DNA from: Halarcobacter sp.
GTDB lineage: Bacteria > Campylobacterota > Campylobacteria > Campylobacterales > Arcobacteraceae
DNA length: 64,000 bases
NCBI GenBank assembly: GCA_048571215.1
Contig: CP182352.1
Location: 3,424,001-3,488,000 of the forward strand
Reading direction: 5' to 3'
In this document: positions 11,259-22,068 of the stretch, one piece after another
Numbering within the stretch: the first letter of the stretch is position 1
How the letters are laid out: the number at the start of each line of letters is the position of its first letter
Translations under genes and position numbers: made by a program
Notes under the pieces: model-generated
The model's input: the letters and a program-made list of their open reading frames with translations, nothing else
Databases searched by the model: none
Told to the model about the DNA's origin: nothing

Positions 11259-12224
11259 TTACTCTACTTTTTCTTTATTAGACAAGATAAGATCTAAATC
11301 TGCCTCTTTTGTATTGTAGGTTTCTATTTTTAGATCTGTATCCTCTTGTGTAAGTGCTACATAAGCTCCTTTATCTTCTGGATTTTTTACCATCCATGAG
11401 TTTTCTTTGTCTATTACTGTGTTTGAAAAGCCTAATTTTTCGTATTGTTTGATTAGCTCTTGTTTTAAACTCTCAAAATTTATTTCGTATTTGTTTATAT
11501 CTATTGTGTGAGGGGTTTTATTATTTGTGATTGTGATTTCATTTTCATTTTCAATTTTTGGTTCAAAAAACTCTGGGTGTTCTTCTCTAATAATCTTGTA
11601 TGTTGCTGATAGGGCACTTATAACAAATACCATAATAAATACATCTAAAACAGGATATAAAACATATAGTTTTGAAGATATAATCCCTATTAGAAAACCT
11701 ATAACAAGGTTATAAACTATCCCAATGATAAAAGAAAAAACTACAGGAAAAATAACCACAGTAAAAAAAGTAAGCAGTTTATAGTTTTCTGTGAACTTCC
11801 ATGCTTGAGAAAAGGTGATTTTTTTGTTTATAGATATTGCTGGAAAAATTATTGATAATCTACTTAACACTACTAAAACAACAATAACTGCTATGAAGGG
11901 TCCCACTATTGGAATAAATGCCAGTAACGCTATAGGAATAACTAGTAGCATCATAAGTAAGGAGTTTAGAAAAAAAGATAAAACAAGTTCCCATTTTGGT
12001 ACTTTATTATCACCTAATAGGAGGATTCTATGGGTTATAACTGCAATTACAAGGTTGATTATCATAAGTGCTGGTACTAATGCTGTTATCTTTATACTTT
12101 GGCTTTCTTCTGTAATTATTCTTATAATAATTAAAGCAAGCAGTGGAAAAAATAGAGATTTTATTAATGAGTCTTTATTATTAAATACCGAATAAAAAGT
12201 TAAATTTATGATTTTTTTGTACAT
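11259..12224 (-). CDS. Hypothetical multi-pass membrane protein with soluble C-terminal domain
   Basis: About six hydrophobic segments followed by a hydrophilic tail; GGAG upstream of the start. Confidence 0.7.
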   Translation of the reverse strand: MYKKIINLTFYSVFNNKDSLIKSLFFPLLALIIIRIITEESQSIKITALVPALMIINLVIAVITHRILLLGDNKVPKWELVLSFFLNSLLMMLLVIPIALLAFIPIVGPFIAVIVVLVVLSRLSIIFPAISINKKITFSQAWKFTENYKLLTFFTVVIFPVVFSFIIGIVYNLVIGFLIGIISSKLYVLYPVLDVFIMVFVISALSATYKIIREEHPEFFEPKIENENEITITNNKTPHTIDINKYEINFESLKQELIKQYEKLGFSNTVIDKENSWMVKNPEDKGAYVALTQEDTDLKIETYNTKEADLDLILSNKEKVE

Positions 12225-12357
12225 AGTAAGCTCCTTAAATGTAATTGTATTGTAAATACCATTAATATATAATTCTGAAAAATATTTTTATTATTTAATT
12301 TTATATTTATTTTTAGATGATATGGTATTATTTCAAATCACAAACGAAAGAGTAGAT

Positions 12358-13281
12358 ATGGATTATATTATTTCAGCACTGTTACCTATATTTTTTATAA
12401 TTCTTTTAGGGTATTTTTTAAAAAGAGTTTCTTTTCCTGATGAGAAGTTTTGGCAATATTCAGATAAGTTTACATATTATATACTATTCCCATCATTATT
12501 GATTTATAAACTTTCAAGTGCATCAATTTCAGGGGTTGATGGTTTTGATTTTGTATTATCAGGTGTTATTACTTTAGTTATAGTAACTGTTTTATTGGTA
12601 GTTTTAAATAAATTTATGTTTATGTTTGAATCTAGGGCTTTTACCTCTATATATCAAGGCTCAGTTAGATTTAATACCTATGTTTTTTTAGCACTTATTG
12701 ATGCAGTTTTTGGGGATAAAGGTTTAGTCTTAGCAGCACTTCTTATGACATTTATGATACCTTTATTAAATATATTTTGTGTAGGTATTTTTTCAATTTA
12801 TACTTCAAGCGATAAAATAAGTATAAAATCATTTTTAATTTCTGTAGCAAAAAATCCTTTGATAGTTGCATGTCTAGTGGGTGGAGCCTTAAACTATTTT
12901 GGGATAACTTTATTTTTGCCAATCGAAAAAACCTTATCTTTGCTTAGTTCTGCAGCTCTTCCTTTAGGGCTTTTATCCGTTGGTGTTGGACTAAATATAA
13001 AACAATTAAAACATGCAAAGATGGAGTTGTTTTTTTCTACCTTTGTAAAACTTGCTATTTTCCCTTTTCTTATAATGTTTGTTGCCATGGCGATGGATAT
13101 TGAAGGTTTAGCTCTTTGGGTTTTGATTATTTTTGGTGCAATGCCTACTGCTTCATCTGCTTATATTTTAGCCAGAGAATTAGGAGGAGACTTGCAACTT
13201 ATGTCTGCAATTATAACCTTGCAAACACTTGTTTCTATAGGTACCCTTATTGTAATTTTATCAATACTTCCTATTTCGTAG
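12358..13281 (+). CDS. AEC (auxin efflux carrier) family transporter
   Basis: LLPIFFIILLGY, RFN, KNPLI, MPTA, ARELGGD motifs; start probably MDYII at 12358. Confidence 0.88.
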   Translation: MDYIISALLPIFFIILLGYFLKRVSFPDEKFWQYSDKFTYYILFPSLLIYKLSSASISGVDGFDFVLSGVITLVIVTVLLVVLNKFMFMFESRAFTSIYQGSVRFNTYVFLALIDAVFGDKGLVLAALLMTFMIPLLNIFCVGIFSIYTSSDKISIKSFLISVAKNPLIVACLVGGALNYFGITLFLPIEKTLSLLSSAALPLGLLSVGVGLNIKQLKHAKMELFFSTFVKLAIFPFLIMFVAMAMDIEGLALWVLIIFGAMPTASSAYILARELGGDLQLMSAIITLQTLVSIGTLIVILSILPIS

Positions 13282-13289
13282 TTTAGCTT

Positions 13290-13298
13290 TGGTATAAT
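13290..13298 (+). promoter_or_regulatory. Extended -10 promoter element
   Basis: TGGTATAAT just upstream of AGGA RBS and the 13326 ATG. Confidence 0.55.
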
Positions 13299-13325
13299 AA
13301 GTAGATTTTAATTTAGGAAAATTTA

Positions 13326-13676
13326 ATGATATTTTTAGTGTTGTTTGGTTTTATAGCAGTTGTAGTAGTATCACTGAATATCTATGATAATTCGAATCTT
13401 GATAAAATAAAACAATATTTGCTTAGCAATAATTGTCAAAATATAGTTTATGCAAAGGGTAGTTATAAAGCAATATGTGATGATAGAGTCATACAAATAG
13501 AAAATGCTTTTAGTGTTGATTTGAATAAAAAAGATGAGATGAAAATAGAAAATATAAAAAGTATAGAAAAAAAGAGTTTAACTCTACTTGTAAATAAAAC
13601 TTATAAAATAGAGTTTAAACAAAAAGAAAATTTAGAAAATTTTTATAAAAACTTAGAGGAAAAAAGAGATAAATGA
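13326..13676 (+). CDS. Hypothetical protein with N-terminal membrane anchor
   Basis: RBS AGGA; hydrophobic N-terminus; overlaps start of the next gene. Confidence 0.65.
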   Translation: MIFLVLFGFIAVVVVSLNIYDNSNLDKIKQYLLSNNCQNIVYAKGSYKAICDDRVIQIENAFSVDLNKKDEMKIENIKSIEKKSLTLLVNKTYKIEFKQKENLENFYKNLEEKRDK

Positions 13677-15406
13677 AAGAGATAATTGATTTTATAAAAA
13701 GTGAAGATATAGAGAAAGCTGCTCTATTTGCCCACTTAAAGTGTTCAAAAGAGGAAGCACGCATTTTACAATATATCACAAAAGAGTATATAAAAGGTAG
13801 AGATACTCTTGTTGTGATTGATGTTTTAAGTGAGTTTTATGATGTGAAAAAATTTGAACATCTTCACCATATAGATTTGATAAAATCACTTTTAGAGTTT
13901 GGTTGGTTGATTCAAAGTAGTTTCGATCATGTAAAACTTAGTGAGATGTCAAAGCTTGAACTACTTAATTCAACTGTATCTTTATCAGCAGCATTTTTAA
14001 AACTTCTTGAAAAAGGTTCTTTGGAGTTTGTTTTACCAGAGATAAAAAAATATGAAGATCATTTAGAATATCTGCAAGACCAGTTTTTTAGAATAGATTT
14101 AGCCCAACAGTTAAATTTAGTAAAAAGAAATTTTGATGAAAACTCACCAAATATAAATAGACTAAAATCAAAGCTAACTTTGCTTGAAAATAGGATTAGA
14201 GATAGGGTCTTACAAACTGATTCTGGGATAATGGTAGAGGATTTTTTCAAATCAAATAATCTAGATGAACAAGAACAAATGCTTTTTTTAGCCCTTTTAA
14301 AAGAGGAGTACTCAGGTGGAGATGGAAGTATTAGAGATATGAACTCTTTGATAAATCTTGTTTCTAGTGATGATTATGAAAAGATAAAATTTAGAAGTTT
14401 ACTTGAAGAGAGTTCAAACCTAGTTTCAAAAGGACTTGTGGATTATGATGAGGTATTAACTCCATTTGGGGGAATAAATAGAAACTTTTATATCCCAGAT
14501 GAGATACTTTATAAAATCTCACACCCTACAAAAAAGAAAACTAGAACTAGAAAAGCAAAACTAGAGAATCTTATAGATGAACAAGATACCTTCGAGCTTA
14601 TTTCCACAACAAAAACCTTAGAAGATGTAATCTTAAATCCAAAAACAAGAGAAACTTTAGATGCTCTATTAAAACAAGTAGATAAAAAGGTTTTTAATAG
14701 ACTAAAACAATGGGGAATAAAAGATAAGAAAAAAGGTATTGAAGCTAAGATAATCTTTTATGGTTTTGCAGGAACAGGTAAAACACTAACTGCACTTGCT
14801 TTGGCAAAATCTCTTAAAAAACAGGTTCTAAGCTTTGACTGTTCAAAAATATTGTCAATGTATGTGGGTGAAAGTGAAAAAAATGTAAGAAATATTTTTG
14901 ATAAATATTATGAAATCAAAGATAGAAGTAAAACAGAGCCTATTTTGCTTTTAAATGAGGCTGACCAATTTTTAAGTTCAAGAACCACTACAAGTGCAAG
15001 TGGAAGTGAAAAGATGCATAATCAGATGCAAAATATCTTTTTAGAGCAGATAGAAAGATTTGATGGAATATTAATTGCAACGACTAACCTTTTGGAGACA
15101 TTAGATAAAGCTTTTTCTAGAAGATTTAATTACAAAATTGAGTTTAAAAAACCAAATGAGATAGAAAGAGAACTTTTATGGGAGAAACTACTTCCAGAGA
15201 ATCTACCATTGGAAGAGAACTTTGATACTAAAAAACTAATAAGTTATGAGTTAACTGGTGGCCAAATTGAACTAATAATAAAAAATACCGCATTTAAAAT
15301 TGCAACAGAAGATGACCCTATTTTTAAGGTAAAAGATTTTAAAGAGCAGATTGAAAAGGAATTAAAAGGAAACTTTGATTCTGAGAATAAAGTTGGGTTT
15401 TTTTAA
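13673..15406 (+). CDS. AAA family ATPase
   Basis: Walker A GFAGTGKT, SMYVGESEKN, variant Walker B LLLNEAD, ATTN, DKAFSRRF. Confidence 0.9.
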   Translation: MKEIIDFIKSEDIEKAALFAHLKCSKEEARILQYITKEYIKGRDTLVVIDVLSEFYDVKKFEHLHHIDLIKSLLEFGWLIQSSFDHVKLSEMSKLELLNSTVSLSAAFLKLLEKGSLEFVLPEIKKYEDHLEYLQDQFFRIDLAQQLNLVKRNFDENSPNINRLKSKLTLLENRIRDRVLQTDSGIMVEDFFKSNNLDEQEQMLFLALLKEEYSGGDGSIRDMNSLINLVSSDDYEKIKFRSLLEESSNLVSKGLVDYDEVLTPFGGINRNFYIPDEILYKISHPTKKKTRTRKAKLENLIDEQDTFELISTTKTLEDVILNPKTRETLDALLKQVDKKVFNRLKQWGIKDKKKGIEAKIIFYGFAGTGKTLTALALAKSLKKQVLSFDCSKILSMYVGESEKNVRNIFDKYYEIKDRSKTEPILLLNEADQFLSSRTTTSASGSEKMHNQMQNIFLEQIERFDGILIATTNLLETLDKAFSRRFNYKIEFKKPNEIERELLWEKLLPENLPLEENFDTKKLISYELTGGQIELIIKNTAFKIATEDDPIFKVKDFKEQIEKELKGNFDSENKVGFF

Positions 15407-15511
15407 AAAAAAATTAAACATTATAACTAGTACTTATAATTCTGCTTTTTATAAGTTAGGCTTTATAAGAGATTAGATATTATTTACAAATAATAAAAGG
15501 AAGGATTAGTA

Positions 15512-15901
15512 ATGACACATATGGAGTTTTCACATCCGTATTTTGGTGCTTTTGTCATGTTTTTATTAACATTTGGTGCCTTTATTGCTACTGTATTTTT
15601 AGCAAGGTTTATAAGTAGAAAACTAGCAAGACTAGATACTGAAAAACTAAAAGCTACCCTATATGAGTGTGGACCAGAGGTTACAAAACAACCAAGTAGT
15701 GTATCAGTACAGTTTTATTTGATGGCACTTTTGTTTATTTTATTCGATATTGAAATTATATTTATGTTTCCATGGGCAATTGATTTTAAAGTATTAGGAT
15801 GGTTTGGCTTTGTTGAGATGGTTCTATTTATTTTATTACTTACTATTGGATTTATTTATGCATGGAAAAAAGGAGCTCTTGAATGGCACAGCATAAAGTA
15901 A
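15512..15901 (+). CDS. nuoA: Complex I subunit A
   Basis: [20 protein letters not shown]. Confidence 0.96.
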   Translation: MTHMEFSHPYFGAFVMFLLTFGAFIATVFLARFISRKLARLDTEKLKATLYECGPEVTKQPSSVSVQFYLMALLFILFDIEIIFMFPWAIDFKVLGWFGFVEMVLFILLLTIGFIYAWKKGALEWHSIK

Positions 15902-16392
15902 ACTATCTACAAGATGGTGGGGCACCTATTGCCCTTACTACAGTTGACAAACTTGTAAACTGGGGACGATCAAACTCTTTATGGCCACTAACTTATGGTC
16001 TTGCCTGTTGTGCGATTGAGATGATGGCTACAGGGGCATCAAGATATGACTTTGATAGATTTGGTACTATTTTTAGAGCAAGTCCTAGACAAGCAGATGT
16101 TATTGTTATAGCTGGAACTCTTACAAAAAAACACGCAGAGTTTATGAGAAGATTATATGACCAAATGCCAGATCCAAAATGGGTTATCTCTATGGGATCT
16201 TGTGCAAATACAGGTGGTATGTTTAATACTTATGCAACAGTTCAAGGAGCTGATAGAATTGTTCCTGTTGATATCTATCTTCCAGGTTGTGCTCCAAGAC
16301 CTGAAACCTTACAATATGCACTTATGATGCTTCAAAAAAAGATTAGAAGAGAGTCTATTTTTAGATCAATCAAGAAAAAAAGGTTAGTGTAA
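15883..16392 (+). CDS. nuoB: Complex I subunit B
   Basis: [30 protein letters not shown]. Confidence 0.97.
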   Translation: MAQHKVNYLQDGGAPIALTTVDKLVNWGRSNSLWPLTYGLACCAIEMMATGASRYDFDRFGTIFRASPRQADVIVIAGTLTKKHAEFMRRLYDQMPDPKWVISMGSCANTGGMFNTYATVQGADRIVPVDIYLPGCAPRPETLQYALMMLQKKIRRESIFRSIKKKRLV

Positions 16393-17201
16393 TGAGAAAA
16401 TATACGCCTAAAAATGATGTTCAACAAAAATCATATTTTAATGATAGATTTTATGTAGCACCACAAACTCCCAAAAAAGAAGCAAGTAGTGATGAGATTT
16501 ACTCAGCTGATATGGAAGGTTTACAAAGCAATTTTAAAATTCTTGATAGTTTTATTGAAATTGAGGAGTTGGTAGTACATATTAATCCAGAAGATAATGT
16601 AAAGGTTCTTACTTTTTTAAGGGATAACTTAGAGTATGAGATGCTTATGGAACTATCAGCAATAGATTATATCGCACAAAGAGGTGGTTTTGAAATCTTT
16701 TATGAGATGCTTTCATTGACTAAGAGAAAAAGAATGAGAGTTAAAACTTTTATTAGACAAAAACAACCAATCGAATCTGTATACTCAGTATTTAAAATGG
16801 CAAACTGGGCAGAACGAGAGATGTACGATATGTACGGGGTTAAAATTACAAACCATCCAAATATGAAAAGAATCCTTATGCCAGATGATTGGTATGACCA
16901 TCCATTAAGAAAAACATATCCTTTAGAGGGTGATGAAGTAGCACAATGGTACGAAGTAGATAAGATCTTTGGAAAAGAAGCAAGAGATATTATTGGACCT
17001 GAAAACAGAGATTGCGCAATGGTTGATAGATATGATACAAAAAGATTTTCTAGACTTGGACATGAGGTTCCTTATGGAGTTGATATCACCGATGGAAAAG
17101 AACCAGAGCATACTCCACTTGCTTATCAAGAAGAGGGTGGAGTTCCTATTATCAAAAAACTTCATGAAGATGAATCAGTTACATTAGAGAAAAGAAGGTA
17201 A
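16392..17201 (+). CDS. nuoC: Complex I subunit C
   Basis: [26 protein letters not shown]. Confidence 0.95.
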   Translation: MRKYTPKNDVQQKSYFNDRFYVAPQTPKKEASSDEIYSADMEGLQSNFKILDSFIEIEELVVHINPEDNVKVLTFLRDNLEYEMLMELSAIDYIAQRGGFEIFYEMLSLTKRKRMRVKTFIRQKQPIESVYSVFKMANWAEREMYDMYGVKITNHPNMKRILMPDDWYDHPLRKTYPLEGDEVAQWYEVDKIFGKEARDIIGPENRDCAMVDRYDTKRFSRLGHEVPYGVDITDGKEPEHTPLAYQEEGGVPIIKKLHEDESVTLEKRR

Positions 17202-17206
17202 GTAGG

Positions 17207-18436
17207 ATGCAACAATCAGTAAATAGATTAAAACCTTTCTTTGAAAATATCCATTTCGAGAAAGAAGATAATACCATGATGGTTAACTTCGGTCCTCAAC
17301 ATCCATCTGCACACGGACAAATGAGACTGATGTTAGAACTTCAAGGGGAAGAGGTAGTTAAGGCTCATCCAGGAGTTGGATATCTTCATAGGGGTATGGA
17401 GAAAATGGGTGAGAATATGATTTATAATGAATTCTTACCAACTACAGATAGAATGGATTATATAGCTTCAACTTCAAACAATTATGGTTTTGCCTTGGCT
17501 GTTGAAAAACTTTTAGGGATAGAAGCGCCAAGAAGAGGTGAAATTATTAGAACTATGCTTCTAGAGATAAATAGAATTATGTCTCACTTATTTTGGCTTG
17601 CAACCCATGCTCTTGATGTGGGTGCAATGTCTGTATTCTTATACGCTTTTAGAGAAAGAGAATTTGCAATGGACCTAATAGAGGATTATTGTGGAGCTAG
17701 ACTTACCCATAGTGCAGTTAGAATAGGGGGAGTTCCTTTAGATTTACCACAAGGTTGGTGTGAGCAATTAGAGGATTTCTTAAAGATTTTAGAAACAGAA
17801 ATTGAAAAATATGAGGGTCTTTTAACAGAAAATAGAATCTGGAGAATGAGACTTGAAAATGTTGGTGTTATTGATGAAAAACTAGCAAAAACTTGGGGAT
17901 GTTCAGGGGTTATTCTTAGAGCATCAGGAGTTAAATGGGATTTAAGAAGAGAGATGCCATATGGTTTATATCCAGAGTTAGACTTTGATGTTCCAATTGC
18001 TAGTACAGGTGACTGTTATGGAAGATATAAGTGTCATATGCAAGAGATGAGAGAATCAGCAAAAATATTAAGACAATTAATACCTATGTATAAAGGAAGT
18101 GAATCTCAACTTATGGCACATGCTCCTGAGTATATCTCAGCAAGCAAAGAGGATATTATGACTCAAAACTACTCTTTAATGCAACACTTTGTTTTAGTAA
18201 CACAAGGTATGAGACCACCAAAAGGTGAGGTTTATGTTGCAACAGAATCACCAAAAGGTGAATTAGGATATATGATAGTAAGTGATGGAAGCCCATATGC
18301 TTATAAACTAAAACTAAGAGCACCTTCATTTTGGCATACAGGTATTTTAGAGGATTTATTACCAGGGCATCAATTGGCAGATGTGGTTGCAATTATTGGT
18401 AATCTAAATGTAGTTTTTGGTGAGATTGATAGATAG
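17207..18436 (+). CDS. nuoD: Complex I subunit D
   Basis: [31 protein letters not shown]. Confidence 0.97.
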   Translation: MQQSVNRLKPFFENIHFEKEDNTMMVNFGPQHPSAHGQMRLMLELQGEEVVKAHPGVGYLHRGMEKMGENMIYNEFLPTTDRMDYIASTSNNYGFALAVEKLLGIEAPRRGEIIRTMLLEINRIMSHLFWLATHALDVGAMSVFLYAFREREFAMDLIEDYCGARLTHSAVRIGGVPLDLPQGWCEQLEDFLKILETEIEKYEGLLTENRIWRMRLENVGVIDEKLAKTWGCSGVILRASGVKWDLRREMPYGLYPELDFDVPIASTGDCYGRYKCHMQEMRESAKILRQLIPMYKGSESQLMAHAPEYISASKEDIMTQNYSLMQHFVLVTQGMRPPKGEVYVATESPKGELGYMIVSDGSPYAYKLKLRAPSFWHTGILEDLLPGHQLADVVAIIGNLNVVFGEIDR

Positions 18437-18450
18437 GCATAGGAGTTATA

Positions 18451-18753
18451 ATGAAAAGATTTGATTTAAGACCATTAAAAGATAACTTCTATGACAGAAT
18501 GTTGGAACTAATGGATAAGGATATAAGCCAAGGGGAAAATGCAATTTTTCTTTTTGAGATTGGAGATTTTACTTGTGTTCAAAAAAGTGCGGATATTATT
18601 TATGAAGCAGGATATACTTTGATGAACTCACTAAAGTTTAATGAAGTTGATTGGACAATAGTTGTAAAAAAAATAAAACCTGAGCCAAAAATCCAAGAAG
18701 AGTTTGAGGAAAAAACAGTTATTAAAAATGATGACGAGGATGATGACGAATAA
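18451..18753 (+). CDS. Campylobacterota-specific complex I subunit in the NuoE position (NuoX/Cj1575c-like)
   Basis: LFEIGDF and MNSLKFNEVDWTIVVKK recall Cj1575c; no 2Fe-2S cysteine motif; between nuoD and nuoG. Confidence 0.8.
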   Translation: MKRFDLRPLKDNFYDRMLELMDKDISQGENAIFLFEIGDFTCVQKSADIIYEAGYTLMNSLKFNEVDWTIVVKKIKPEPKIQEEFEEKTVIKNDDEDDDE

Positions 18754-19562
18754 TGGGAAAAAAAGAGATTATTTCAAAAAGTGATTATATCATCACTTTC
18801 GGTTCATTTTTATCAAGTGATAATGAGGTTATAAAAGAGGCGATTATTCATGCAATTGCAAAAAATAGTGCGGAATATATCTATATGCATCCTATTGATA
18901 ATATCGATTTAAAAGTTTATTACTCACAATTTATCAAATACGAAGTTGGAAGTGAAGAGGGGATTGTTTCACTTTTATTAGATACCTTTGTAAAAGAAGC
19001 AAGTCCTAAAGTAAAAGAGTATATCAATGATTTGGATATTGGCTATATCTCTGCTGAAAGCTCAGCTGGTGAAGAGGAGTTTGAAGAGGCTTTAGAAAAA
19101 CTTGAAAATAAAGAGGAAGCAATTTTAGTTGTGGGAAGAGATATCGCAAGACATCCTAGACTTGATAATATTATTAAAATGCTTTCAGTAATACATAGAT
19201 ACAGCAATCTAAGTGTTGTAGCTTTAGATGAACATATTCAAAGTGCTATACAAAAATGTGATGAATCCCTTTGCGAAGTTGAGGAATTAGCTTCATATAA
19301 TGGCACAGTTATTTATACTACCTTTGAAGAGCAAAACGAAGGTAAACTTATAGGGAGTGAATCTTTTGCAAGGGTTGCAAAAATTACTAATAAAAGTAAG
19401 ATTTTAATAGATTATGGCAATGAAAAAATCCCAAAAGATTTTGTAATAGATAAAGATTTACAAGGAATGGTTGCCTTATGTGCAATAGGTAATGATGATT
19501 CAACTAGTTTGTCTCAAGGTTATAGATTTAAACAAGTAAAGATAGAAAAGGTTGATGCATAA
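18753..19562 (+). CDS. Campylobacterota-specific complex I subunit in the NuoF position (NuoY/Cj1574c-like)
   Basis: KYEVGSEEG and DIGYISAES; lacks NuoF FMN/NADH and 4Fe-4S motifs; operon position. Confidence 0.75.
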   Translation: MGKKEIISKSDYIITFGSFLSSDNEVIKEAIIHAIAKNSAEYIYMHPIDNIDLKVYYSQFIKYEVGSEEGIVSLLLDTFVKEASPKVKEYINDLDIGYISAESSAGEEEFEEALEKLENKEEAILVVGRDIARHPRLDNIIKMLSVIHRYSNLSVVALDEHIQSAIQKCDESLCEVEELASYNGTVIYTTFEEQNEGKLIGSESFARVAKITNKSKILIDYGNEKIPKDFVIDKDLQGMVALCAIGNDDSTSLSQGYRFKQVKIEKVDA

Positions 19563-22066
19563 TGAGTGATTTAATTACATTAACGATAAATGGTAAAAGT
19601 GTAAAAGCACAAGAGGGTGAAGCTATTTTAAATGTTGCCCGTGCTAATAATATATTTATCCCAGCTTTATGTTATTTGACAAGATGTTCTCCTACATTGG
19701 CATGTAGATTGTGTTTAGTTGAAGCAGATGGAAAACAAGTTTACTCTTGTAATGCAAAAGTAAAAGAGGGGATGTCTGTTATTACTGATACAGAAAATAT
19801 TCATAAAGAAAGAAGAGCTATTATGGAGGTTTATGATGTAAACCATCCATTACAGTGTGGAGTTTGCGATCAAAGTGGTGAGTGTGAGCTTCAAAACTAC
19901 TCTTTATATATGAAAGTTGATTCTCAAAGTTATACAATAAAAGATGTGCCAAGACCAGCTGCAAATTGGGGAGTAATGAAATATGACCCAGGTTTATGTA
20001 TTGTTTGTGAAAAGTGTGTGACTGTTTGTAAAGATATGATTGGTTCAAATGCTTTAAGTACAGTAAAAAGAGGTGCTGATGCCATTGAAAAAACTTTTAA
20101 AGATGAGATGCCAAAAGATGCCTATGCTATGTGGAATAAGTTAAACAAATCACTTATAGGTTTTGATGAAGATTCTTGTACTGATTGTGGAGAGTGTATT
20201 TCAGTTTGTCCTGTAGGGGCACTTGTTAGTTCAGATTTTCAATATAAATCAAATGCTTGGGAGCTTACAAGAATACCAGCAGCAAACCCACACTCATCTG
20301 ATTGTTCTTTTATCTATTATGAAACAAAACATGAGTCAATAGACAATCCAGAGCCAAAAATCTATAGAGTTACAAATGAACACCATTATTCAACTGCAAA
20401 TGGTGCAGCTAGATTTGCTTACGATTTTGAAAATAGAGTTGCAGGAAAAGATGAAGAGAGTTTTAAAAATGCAGTTCTTGCTTTCAAAGAAGCAAAGGTT
20501 ATAAGATTTAACTCATTTATTACAAATGAAGAGGCTTTTCTTTTACAAAAGATAGCTGATAAAACAGGAGCCAAATTAGTAAATAAAGATGCTTACTATT
20601 TTAAAAAGTTTTTAAAAAATTATTCTTCAACATCGGGACAATCTTTATACTCAGCAAATTTAAAAGATGTGCACGATTCTAACTTTGTTATCTCACTTGG
20701 GTCATTTTTAAAATCAGACTTACCTCATGCTAGATATGCTATCAATAATTCAGTAGTTACAAACAAAGGTGCATTTTTGTATTTTCACCCAGTACAAGAT
20801 CCAATAATAGAAAAAATTGGTAAAAAAGGTAAAACTTCTGAATTTGTTTACCATAATCCATTGGCAGAAGAATCTGTTTTATACCTAATTTTAGCTCTAT
20901 TTGGAAAAGATTTGCCACAAGATTTACAAAACTATATAGAGAGTCAAAAAGAGACTAGAACAAAAACTATAAAAGAAGTTGTAAAAGAAACAGTAGTTGA
21001 AAAAGTTACTGACGAAAATGGTGAAGAAAAAGAGGTGAAAAAAGTAGTATCTAAAAAAGTTGATAAGCAAATAGAATTTACTTATTATAAATTTTTAGAT
21101 GTTATTGGTCAAGATGAGTCTTTACTTGATACTATTGATACTCTTTTAGCTAAAAAAGATACTTATTCTTTGGTTATAGGTGAAGATTTGATTAGCCATC
21201 CAAATAGTGAAAACCTTGGTAAACTTTGTGGACTTATAGACAGATTGACTCAGTTTAAGGTTCTAATTATTCCAACTCAAACAAACACTTTAGGGGTTAG
21301 TTTGATTTGTGATTTAGTTGAAGATGAAGAGGGAAAAAGTGTAGGTTATAATGAAAAAGCAGATTTCCAAATAAGTTCACTAGGGGATGGAGATTTAGAT
21401 ATGCCAGCTCTAAATCAACAAGAGGGGACTTTTACAAATATAGATAAAAGAGTTGTCCCTACAAATGCAGCCTTACCTTATAAGGGGTATGTGTTAAATG
21501 ATATTGCAAATGAAATTTTAGAATCTGATGTTGAGTTTACTATTGAATATACTCAAAAGCTACCAACTGAAAAAGGTTTTCAATCACTAGAGTTTGATAG
21601 ATTACCAAACTACTTTGGAAATGATAGGGTTGAATATAGAGGTTATGATATCTCTTATGAAGAGCTTGTAGTGATAAAAGATTTAGAAAAAATATTAAAT
21701 GAAGCTACTATAGTAGATGTAGATGATGCACAAAATAAAACTTTGATGGCAAGTGAAGATGAGATTATCATTTATAAAGCAAATCCTATGAATCAATTCA
21801 ATGAGTTTACAGCCAAAGCCCATGAGTTTGCAAAAGATTTAGAGTCAGGATTTTTTGCTTCAAAAGAGTTATTGGAAAAATACCAATTAGCAAAAGGTGA
21901 TAAAGTACTTGTTTCTTCAAATGGAAAAGAGTTAGAGCTTGAGGCTTTTGAAGATAATCAAATTTTAGGTTCAATAGCTTATGTATCAACTTTCCAAAAA
22001 GATTTAGATACGAAATCTTTATTTGATGGGTACAGATACTCTAAAGCAACAATTAAAAAGGTTTAA
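19562..22066 (+). CDS. nuoG: Complex I subunit G
   Basis: IPALCY...ACRLCLV, HPLQCGVCDQSGECELQ, CIVCEKC, CTDCGECISVCPVGAL. Confidence 0.96.
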   Translation: MSDLITLTINGKSVKAQEGEAILNVARANNIFIPALCYLTRCSPTLACRLCLVEADGKQVYSCNAKVKEGMSVITDTENIHKERRAIMEVYDVNHPLQCGVCDQSGECELQNYSLYMKVDSQSYTIKDVPRPAANWGVMKYDPGLCIVCEKCVTVCKDMIGSNALSTVKRGADAIEKTFKDEMPKDAYAMWNKLNKSLIGFDEDSCTDCGECISVCPVGALVSSDFQYKSNAWELTRIPAANPHSSDCSFIYYETKHESIDNPEPKIYRVTNEHHYSTANGAARFAYDFENRVAGKDEESFKNAVLAFKEAKVIRFNSFITNEEAFLLQKIADKTGAKLVNKDAYYFKKFLKNYSSTSGQSLYSANLKDVHDSNFVISLGSFLKSDLPHARYAINNSVVTNKGAFLYFHPVQDPIIEKIGKKGKTSEFVYHNPLAEESVLYLILALFGKDLPQDLQNYIESQKETRTKTIKEVVKETVVEKVTDENGEEKEVKKVVSKKVDKQIEFTYYKFLDVIGQDESLLDTIDTLLAKKDTYSLVIGEDLISHPNSENLGKLCGLIDRLTQFKVLIIPTQTNTLGVSLICDLVEDEEGKSVGYNEKADFQISSLGDGDLDMPALNQQEGTFTNIDKRVVPTNAALPYKGYVLNDIANEILESDVEFTIEYTQKLPTEKGFQSLEFDRLPNYFGNDRVEYRGYDISYEELVVIKDLEKILNEATIVDVDDAQNKTLMASEDEIIIYKANPMNQFNEFTAKAHEFAKDLESGFFASKELLEKYQLAKGDKVLVSSNGKELELEAFEDNQILGSIAYVSTFQKDLDTKSLFDGYRYSKATIKKV

Positions 22067-22068
22067 TC

